DNA of 64,000 nucleotides from Cyanobacteriota bacterium (GTDB lineage Bacteria; Cyanobacteriota; Vampirovibrionia; Gastranaerophilales; Gastranaerophilaceae): NCBI GenBank assembly GCA_050873965.1, contig JBNMJS010000002.1, positions 6,961 to 70,960 of the forward strand, read 5' to 3'. Shown piece by piece: positions 57,626 to 64,000 of this stretch (position 1 is its first letter; each line of letters starts with the position of its first letter). The notes under the pieces were generated by a model. It saw only the letters and a program-made list of their open reading frames with translations, ran no database searches and was not told where the DNA came from. The position numbers and the translations under genes were made by a program.

Positions 57626-59002
57626 TTACACATTGGTATAAATATCATGTTCGTATTTATCATGCCAGTGATTGTCATCATCGTTAGTTTGTTTTTCTTT
57701 GTTTTTGACATATTCGGCATGAGTGATTAAACGTTTTGTCTTAGCACTTTCATCTATTTTGAATACGTTTATGAATGAATATATTGCAAGGATTACGGCT
57801 AAAGCAAAGATTGCAATATAAGAATGAGGGTTTGCAACAAGTTCGCCATTCGTACCAAGTACAGGTTTAAACATATCTAAGAAACATCCAACAATGTTGC
57901 CTAGAACTGCAACTGCAAGGTAGAATCCACATATCATTACACTAACGGCTGTGTTTGCTACTTTTGGACCATTGAAGTCATGAAGTAGTGGTACAAGTAA
58001 TGGTGATAGGCTTGCACCAAATGCAATTGTACAGAATAAGAATGCGATAAATGGAGTTCTTATATTTAAGCAAACACATACAAGTATAGTTGAAAATACG
58101 AATAATGTATTTAAACTTGTAAGTCTTAAAAATATTGTTCTTCTATTTAAAACGGCTTTACTCCAAAATGCTAGGATTGAACCTGATACTGCGTATAAAG
58201 CCCCCATTATAGAAAGAATTGTTGCTGCTTTCATAACAGGCATTAAGCAGAAATCTTGTAAGAATTTTTTGCCTATAACGGTTTGAACAACGTAGTATAA
58301 ACCATAGTTTAGACAAGCAAAAGAATATAAATTTAAGTTCTTTTTGTTGCCAAAAGTTTCTTTGTATAGTTCTAAATCCATGTGAACGGATTTGTCTATT
58401 GGTTGGTGTGATACAGTTCTATCAATGATAGCGAATAAAGCACAAACGATAGCACTAATTACACCAGTTACAACAAAGGTTTGTCTCCAACCGATTTTAT
58501 CTATTAGTGCAACAAGTGGAGCATTTGCGATGATTCCACCTAAGTATCCGATTAGAAGAATTAAAGAAAGCACTATACCAAAGTTTTTCTTTGGAACGAG
58601 TCTTCTAGTTTCGTTTATCAAACCAATGTAGAATGTTGCAGAGCCAAGACCTATTAAAACTCTACTAAAATATAGTAGTGGTAATGTTTGAGAAAATGGG
58701 AATAAAACACTACCTGTTAGGAATAATAGACAACCAACTGTTATTACTCTGAATCCACCAAATCTTGCAATTAGGATACCTATTACAAGTTGACTTAGTG
58801 CATATATGTACATAAATGATGCACCAAGAGAGGTTATACATTGTGCTGTTGTGTGTAAATCGCTTTGTAATAAATCAAACATTGCTCCAGGAACTGCAAC
58901 TCTTTGGATATTTGCTGCAAAATATAAAATTGAACCTAGAACTACTAATGATATTTCTGCTAATGGAATCTTTTTCATAATGTATAATTTTACTCTCGAC
59001 AA
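57626..59002 (-). CDS. MFS transporter
   Basis: 458 aa, about 12 TM segments, hydrophilic C-terminal tail. Confidence 0.85.
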   Translation of the reverse strand: MSRVKLYIMKKIPLAEISLVVLGSILYFAANIQRVAVPGAMFDLLQSDLHTTAQCITSLGASFMYIYALSQLVIGILIARFGGFRVITVGCLLFLTGSVLFPFSQTLPLLYFSRVLIGLGSATFYIGLINETRRLVPKKNFGIVLSLILLIGYLGGIIANAPLVALIDKIGWRQTFVVTGVISAIVCALFAIIDRTVSHQPIDKSVHMDLELYKETFGNKKNLNLYSFACLNYGLYYVVQTVIGKKFLQDFCLMPVMKAATILSIMGALYAVSGSILAFWSKAVLNRRTIFLRLTSLNTLFVFSTILVCVCLNIRTPFIAFLFCTIAFGASLSPLLVPLLHDFNGPKVANTAVSVMICGFYLAVAVLGNIVGCFLDMFKPVLGTNGELVANPHSYIAIFALAVILAIYSFINVFKIDESAKTKRLITHAEYVKNKEKQTNDDDNHWHDKYEHDIYTNV

Positions 59003-59049
59003 AGTTTTTTATCAAAGTTTTTTGAAGTTATATAAAGAAAAATTCTATT

Positions 59050-59093
59050 CATTTCTTTTAAGAAATGCTTTTGTTTCTCTTTTTTGTTATAAT
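59050..59093 (+). promoter_or_regulatory. Extended -10 promoter of tyrS-cysK-cysE with an overlapping inverted repeat
   Basis: TGtTATAAT lies about 40 nt upstream of ATG 59132. The inverted repeat CATTTCTT-tt-AAGAAATG covers the -35 region. Confidence 0.4.
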
Positions 59094-59131
59094 CGTACTT
59101 GATTATTACAAAATAAAAAGGAATTATATAA

Positions 59132-60355
59132 ATGGTTGAAATAAGAGAAGAATTTATTGAACAAGCAAAATTTATATCAAGAAATGCTGAAATCTTACCG
59201 GGGGGTATTGAAGAATTAGCAGTAAAATTACAGCATTCTGCTGATACAAATACTCCACTAAGAATTAAATTAGGTATGGATCCAACTAGACCTGATTTAC
59301 ACTTGGGACACACCGTTGTTATGAGAAAACTTAAAGAGTTTCAAAGACTTGGTCATAAAATTGTTTTAATCGTTGGTGGCGCAACTGCGATGGTTGGTGA
59401 TCCATCAGGAAAATCTGAAACAAGACCTGCTTTAACAAAAGAACAAGTTGAAGAAAATGCAAAAACATATTTTGAACAAATGTCAAAGGTTCTTGATGTA
59501 TCAGAAGCAGAAGTTGTTAATAATGCTGATTGGTTACACAAAATGTCTTTCACAGATTTATTACAACTTGCAGGCAAAGTTACTGTTGCTCAAATGATGA
59601 CACGTGATGATTTTGCAAAAAGATATGCAGAGGGAAAACCTATTGCTATTCACGAATTCTTCTATCCATTGATGCAAGCATACGATTCTGTTGCTATTGA
59701 TGCTGATATAGAATTGGGTGGTACTGACCAAAGATTTAACACATTATTAGGTCGTGATATTCAATCTGCTTATGGTAAAAAATATCCTCAAATGGTTTGT
59801 CTATTACCATTGTTAGAAGGTACTGATGGTGTTGTTAAAATGTCTAAAACATATCCTGAACATTGTATTTCTTTAACAGATAGTGCAAATGATATGTTCG
59901 GTAAAATAATGAGTATTCCTGATAATATGATTACTCGTTATTACAGTTTGTTGACAGATGCAACAAAAGAAACTTTAGAAATGTATGATAAGCAAATTGA
60001 AGAAGGTTTTGTTAATCCTCGTGAAATTAAATTGAAATTGGCTCATACAATTACTGCCGAATATCATGGCGAAGATGGTGCAGACAAAGCACAACAAGAA
60101 TTTATCAATGTTGTATCCAACAAGGGAATACCACAAGATATTGAAACTGTTAAAATAGAAAATGGAGCAAATATTCTTGATGTTTTACAACAATTAAACT
60201 TTATTCAAAGTCGTGGTGAAGGCAAAAGACTTATTCAAGGTGGCGGTGTAAAAATTGATGGTGAAAAAATCTCAGATATAAATTATGCCGTAAATGTTGA
60301 TGACGAAGTTGTTTTACAAGCAGGTAAAAGAAAATATGCGAGGTTGACAAAATGA
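59132..60355 (+). CDS. tyrS: Tyrosyl-tRNA synthetase
   Basis: HLGH (HIGH) and KMSKT (KMSKS) motifs plus a C-terminal S4-like domain (GEGKRLIQGGGVKIDGEK). Confidence 0.95.
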   Translation: MVEIREEFIEQAKFISRNAEILPGGIEELAVKLQHSADTNTPLRIKLGMDPTRPDLHLGHTVVMRKLKEFQRLGHKIVLIVGGATAMVGDPSGKSETRPALTKEQVEENAKTYFEQMSKVLDVSEAEVVNNADWLHKMSFTDLLQLAGKVTVAQMMTRDDFAKRYAEGKPIAIHEFFYPLMQAYDSVAIDADIELGGTDQRFNTLLGRDIQSAYGKKYPQMVCLLPLLEGTDGVVKMSKTYPEHCISLTDSANDMFGKIMSIPDNMITRYYSLLTDATKETLEMYDKQIEEGFVNPREIKLKLAHTITAEYHGEDGADKAQQEFINVVSNKGIPQDIETVKIENGANILDVLQQLNFIQSRGEGKRLIQGGGVKIDGEKISDINYAVNVDDEVVLQAGKRKYARLTK

Positions 60356-61242
60356 TATATTCAAACGTCTTAGAGTTGATAGGTAATACTCCACTAGTTA
60401 AATATAATGACAATATTGCGTTAAAATTGGAGTTTTATAATCCGTCTAATTCCGTTAAGGATAGGGCGTCATACTCTATGATTAACTGTGCAATGAAAGA
60501 TGGCAAAATAAATAAAGATACTGTTATTATTGAGCCTACAAGTGGTAATACAGGTGTTGGGCTTGCTATGTGTTGTGCAGTTTTAGGTTTGAAAATTATT
60601 ATTGTTATGCCTGAAAACATGTCAGATGAGAGAAAAAAGCTGATTAGGGCTTATGGTGCTAAATTAGTTCTAACTCCAAAATCTGAGGGTATGAAAGGTG
60701 CAGTTTCAAAGGCTCAAGAATTGTTAAAAGAACATGAAAACTCTTTTATGCCAATGCAATTCTCTAATCCTGCAAATCCTTATGCACATGAAGTTGGTAC
60801 TGCAAAAGAAATCTTTGAAGCAACTGATGGTGATGTTGATATTGTTGTAGCAGGTATTGGTACTGGTGGTACTGCTGTTGGTGTTAAAAATGGCTTGAGT
60901 AAATTGAAACCTGATGTAAAAGTTTTTGGTGTTGAACCAAAAGAAAGTCCATTGCTAACAGATGGTGTTGCTGGTCCTCACAAAATTCAAGGTATTGGTG
61001 CAAATTTTGTTACGGATATTTATAATTCAGGCAATTTAGATGGTGTGCTTGATATTGAGGGTGATGTTGCAATCAAAGAAGCTAGAGAATTAGCAAAAAC
61101 ACATGGTATTTTGTGTGGTATTTCATCTGGTGCAAATGTTGCAGCTGCAAAAATGTTATCTGAAAAATATCCTGATAAGAAAATTGTTACTATTATTTGT
61201 GACTTTGGTGAAAGATATTTATCAACGGAGTTGTTTGATTAA
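60352..61242 (+). CDS. cysK: Cysteine synthase A (O-acetylserine sulfhydrylase)
   Basis: NPSNSVKDR PLP-lysine motif, TSGNTG, GIGTGGT. ATGA overlap with the tyrS stop. Confidence 0.93.
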   Translation: MIYSNVLELIGNTPLVKYNDNIALKLEFYNPSNSVKDRASYSMINCAMKDGKINKDTVIIEPTSGNTGVGLAMCCAVLGLKIIIVMPENMSDERKKLIRAYGAKLVLTPKSEGMKGAVSKAQELLKEHENSFMPMQFSNPANPYAHEVGTAKEIFEATDGDVDIVVAGIGTGGTAVGVKNGLSKLKPDVKVFGVEPKESPLLTDGVAGPHKIQGIGANFVTDIYNSGNLDGVLDIEGDVAIKEARELAKTHGILCGISSGANVAAAKMLSEKYPDKKIVTIICDFGERYLSTELFD

Positions 61243-61898
61243 TGTTATTTAGAGCATTAAAAAAAATAAAAGAAGATATTAAAGTTATTTACGAAAATGA
61301 TCCTGCTGCAAATAATATATGGGAAGTTATTTTTTGTTATCCAGGATTTCAAGCTTTGTTATCTCATAGGATTGCTCACAAATTAAAATGTTGGGGTGTT
61401 CCTTTTATACCACGATATATTTCGTATCTTACAAGGATTATTACAGGTATAGAAATCCATCCATCTGCTCAGATTGGCGAACGATTGTTTATTGACCATG
61501 GTGAGGGTGTTGTAATCGGTGAAACAACAATTATTGGTGATGATGTTCTGATATATCAACAAGTTACATTAGGTGGTACAGGGAAAGAACATGGAAAACG
61601 TCACCCTACAATCGGTAACAATGTTATTATTGGTGCAGGTGCAAAGGTTTTAGGTAATATAAAAATTGGTGACAATGTTAGAGTTGGTGCAGGTTCTGTT
61701 GTTGTTGATAATGTACCTGAACATTGTACAGTCGTGGGTGTTCCAGGTAGAGTAGTTCAACAAAAATTCGTTAATCCTGATGGCGTTTTGATGCATAATA
61801 GAATACCAGACCCTGTTACTTGTGAACTAAATAGATTAAAATATGAAATTTTAGATATGCAAAATCGTGTATCTGAACTTGAAGAAAAACACAAATAA
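61242..61898 (+). CDS. cysE: Serine O-acetyltransferase
   Basis: DPAA....E....YPGF.AL..HR.AH N-terminal domain and left-handed beta-helix hexapeptide repeats. Overlaps the cysK stop. Confidence 0.9.
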   Translation: MLFRALKKIKEDIKVIYENDPAANNIWEVIFCYPGFQALLSHRIAHKLKCWGVPFIPRYISYLTRIITGIEIHPSAQIGERLFIDHGEGVVIGETTIIGDDVLIYQQVTLGGTGKEHGKRHPTIGNNVIIGAGAKVLGNIKIGDNVRVGAGSVVVDNVPEHCTVVGVPGRVVQQKFVNPDGVLMHNRIPDPVTCELNRLKYEILDMQNRVSELEEKHK

Positions 61899-61939
61899 TT
61901 GTTAACTATTTGTAACGTCTATATGTATCCCTTTTATCT

Positions 61940-63109
61940 TTGAAGTATAATTTAGTTATGAAGAAGAAGATTAGTATTTTGGGCTCTACAGGCTCTATTG
62001 GGACACAAGCGTTAGAAGTTATTGAAAGATTAAGCGACAAATTCGAAATTATTTCGTTGTCTGCTGGTGGAAATGTTGATTTGTTAAATGAACAAATTGC
62101 AAAGTTTCACCCGAAATCTGTGTGTGTATCAAAGAATGCTGACAAAGTTATCGGTTGTGATAAAGTTTTGTCAGGAACAGAGGGCTTAGATGAAATCTGC
62201 TCAAATACTGAAAACGATATTATATTAGTTGCAGTATCTGGTAAGATTGGTTTAGAACCAACTATTACTGCTATCAAAAATCATATCAATATTGCTTTGG
62301 CAAACAAAGAAACACTTGTTATGGCTGGTGATATTGTTATGAAACTTGCAAAAGAAAATGGTGTTGAAATTGTTCCTGTTGATAGTGAACATTGTGCAAT
62401 TCACCAATGTATAAAAGACATAGCACAAGTTTCAAAACTTATTATTACAGCATCAGGTGGCCCATTCTTGCATAAAACAATTGATGATATGAAGAATGCA
62501 ACCGTAGAACAAGCACTTGCTCATCCACGTTGGAATATGGGTAGAAAAATTACAGTTGATAGTGCAACTTTGATGAATAAGGGTTTAGAAGTAATTGAAG
62601 CACATCATTTGTTTAATATGCCTTATGACAAGATTGATGTTGTTGTTCATCCACAAAGTATTGTTCACTCAGCAATAGAATATGTTGATGGTAGTGTTAT
62701 TGCTCAATTAGGTTTGCCTAGTATGCATATTCCTATTCAGTATGCAATATGTTATCCTGAACGTTTTGAGGGAATTAAATCAAAAAGTTTCAGTTTCTCT
62801 GAAATCGCTAGATTGGATTTCTTAGCACCTGATTACGACAAATTTGGTTTCTTGAATTTGGCTTATTCAGCAGGTAGAACTGGTGGTTCTGCAACAGTTG
62901 CTTTAAATGCTGCAGATGAAGAAGCAGTATTTGCATTTTTAGATGGAAGAATTAAATTGTTTGATATTTATGAAATAACTGAAAAAATATATTCTGAACA
63001 TAACGTTGTTAAAAATCCATCTATAAAAGAAATTTTTGATATTGATAAAGAAGTTAGAATTAAAACAAAAGAACTTATTCAAAGGAGTTATCAGTGTTTG
63101 AATATCTAA
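61940..63109 (+). CDS. dxr: 1-Deoxy-D-xylulose 5-phosphate reductoisomerase
   Basis: ILGSTGSIG, LANKE, DSEH and HP.W.MG motifs. The true start is probably the internal ATG six codons in (MKKKISILG...). Confidence 0.93.
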   Translation: MKYNLVMKKKISILGSTGSIGTQALEVIERLSDKFEIISLSAGGNVDLLNEQIAKFHPKSVCVSKNADKVIGCDKVLSGTEGLDEICSNTENDIILVAVSGKIGLEPTITAIKNHINIALANKETLVMAGDIVMKLAKENGVEIVPVDSEHCAIHQCIKDIAQVSKLIITASGGPFLHKTIDDMKNATVEQALAHPRWNMGRKITVDSATLMNKGLEVIEAHHLFNMPYDKIDVVVHPQSIVHSAIEYVDGSVIAQLGLPSMHIPIQYAICYPERFEGIKSKSFSFSEIARLDFLAPDYDKFGFLNLAYSAGRTGGSATVALNAADEEAVFAFLDGRIKLFDIYEITEKIYSEHNVVKNPSIKEIFDIDKEVRIKTKELIQRSYQCLNI

Positions 63110-63708
63110 AAGGTATTTTGGCAGAAAAATATAGCAATAATAACGGATATTATTTTATCGTGGAAGTTGCTGGTATTGGTTATAGTGTCGAAGTGTCTGA
63201 ATTAGATTTTAATAGTGGCATTGATAATGAAACAGAGTTAAAGATTTATACAAAATTGATTCACAAGGAAGACTCAATGTCTTTGTGTGGTTTTTTAAAG
63301 AAAGAAACGAGAGATATTTTTAATTATTTAATTTCTGTATCTGGTGTTGGTGTGAAAATGGCATTAGCATTACTTGGCAGATTTGATGCTTGTGATTTGA
63401 TTTCTATCGTTATCAATGAAGAATATAAAGAACTTACTCTTGCAAAAGGCGTTGGTACAAAATTAGCACAAAAGATTATATTAGAATTGCGTGACAAACT
63501 TATAAAAGCAAATATTACAGCAGTTCCAAACAAGTTTTCTAATATTGAGTTATCTCCGGCATGTCAGGAAACAACTTCAATATTGTTATCATTGGGTTAT
63601 ACTGATGATGAGATAAATACAGCATATAAAGTGGTGATGGGAAAATGCGAAAATAAAGACGATTCAGAGGAATTATTACGTGAAGCTCTGAAATATTTAT
63701 CAATGTAA
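63094..63708 (+). CDS. ruvA: Holliday junction DNA helicase subunit RuvA
   Basis: MFEYLKGIL N-terminus, HhH motifs (ISVSGVGVKMALALL, LAKGVGTKLAQKIILEL), C-terminal domain III. GTG start overlaps the dxr end. Confidence 0.9.
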   Translation: MFEYLKGILAEKYSNNNGYYFIVEVAGIGYSVEVSELDFNSGIDNETELKIYTKLIHKEDSMSLCGFLKKETRDIFNYLISVSGVGVKMALALLGRFDACDLISIVINEEYKELTLAKGVGTKLAQKIILELRDKLIKANITAVPNKFSNIELSPACQETTSILLSLGYTDDEINTAYKVVMGKCENKDDSEELLREALKYLSM

Positions 63709-63787
63709 ATCTTTTTTAATGAATCATGCTTTTACTAGCAAAAAATATTTTGGAGTTACATTATATTAGTAAGGTAAAGGTGTGTGT

Positions 63788-64000
63788 ATGATTAATTTTT
63801 CTTCCAACAATATTCAAACTACTCGTAGATCTGGTTATGTTCAAACAAAGGAATTACCTCAATTAGGGGCAGATGATAATGTACAAAAAAATGCTAATAA
63901 TAACAAAAACGTAACAGAACCTGTTGCTAGTGTTTATGATAAAGATGTAAAATCTCCAGGATTGAATTATTTTGTTTCTAATGTTAATGATAAACAAAAA
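63788..64000 (+). CDS. 5' end of an orphan gene (partial, runs off the window)
   Basis: ATG 63788 sits 6 nt after AAAGGTG. The frame is open for 71 codons to the window edge (MINFSSNNIQTTRRSGYVQT...), with the same kind of polar leader as other orphans here. Confidence 0.4.
   Translation, partial: MINFSSNNIQTTRRSGYVQTKELPQLGADDNVQKNANNNKNVTEPVASVYDKDVKSPGLNYFVSNVNDKQK

Noticed and set aside
61940-61961. One-nucleotide disagreement between my hand indexing of the dxr start region and the ORF-track coordinates
   Set aside because: The ORF-track length (1170 nt, 389 aa) and stop position are self-consistent, so I kept its coordinates. The discrepancy is most likely my miscount of a T-run, which is why hand-derived coordinates are flagged as +/-1-2 nt.
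1-64000. CRISPR arrays, insertion sequences, prophage, toxin-antitoxin or known defence-system genes
   Set aside because: I found no regularly spaced direct repeats, no transposase, integrase or reverse-transcriptase-like ORFs, and no nuclease or helicase orphans in any frame of the ORF track.

Overview
Visibly AT-rich (GC not computed), densely coding chromosomal window with about 60 protein-coding genes and 2 tRNAs. I saw no rRNA, CRISPR array, transposase, integrase or phage-like genes. Most of the window is housekeeping. Translation and protein handling: a spc-operon fragment (rpsE-rpmD-rplO-secY), leuS, tyrS, tilS-hpt, queA, queH, yidC, ftsH, ruvA, ruvX. Metabolism: ispF, dxr, ribD, nadK, metH, cysK-cysE, ddh, and a pdxA-like gene with a DUF1537 kinase. 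Envelope and transport: lptB with one LptF/G permease, a MATE pump and an MFS transporter. Lpt genes imply a diderm and [FeFe]-hydrogenases imply an anaerobic fermenter. Together with a VKOR-thioredoxin fusion, a short tail-less SSB and meso-DAP dehydrogenase, this suggests an uncultured low-GC lineage, possibly Melainabacteria/Vampirovibrionia. That assignment is inference only. The non-housekeeping content is: (1) a five-gene H2-sensing/[FeFe]-hydrogenase cluster at 6.2-11.1 kb; (2) a tandem pair of membrane-anchored paralogues at 46.8-49.6 kb whose C-terminal domain reads like a PARP-type ADP-ribosyltransferase with an H-Y-Q triad, which is my best candidate for something undescribed; (3) next to it, ATPase-less Clp modules, namely a free ClpX zinc ribbon, a 531-aa orphan and a triple Clp-N protein; (4) a 1226-aa orphan with a Cys-anchored Asx-Gly repeat; (5) several orphans sharing a polar N-terminal leader and Gly/Ala-rich transmembrane hairpins, including a coiled-coil protein and a LysM/EF-hand protein with no signal peptide. 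All functional calls come from motif reading by eye. Hand-indexed coordinates for tRNAs, terminators, promoters and revised starts may be off by 1-2 nt.
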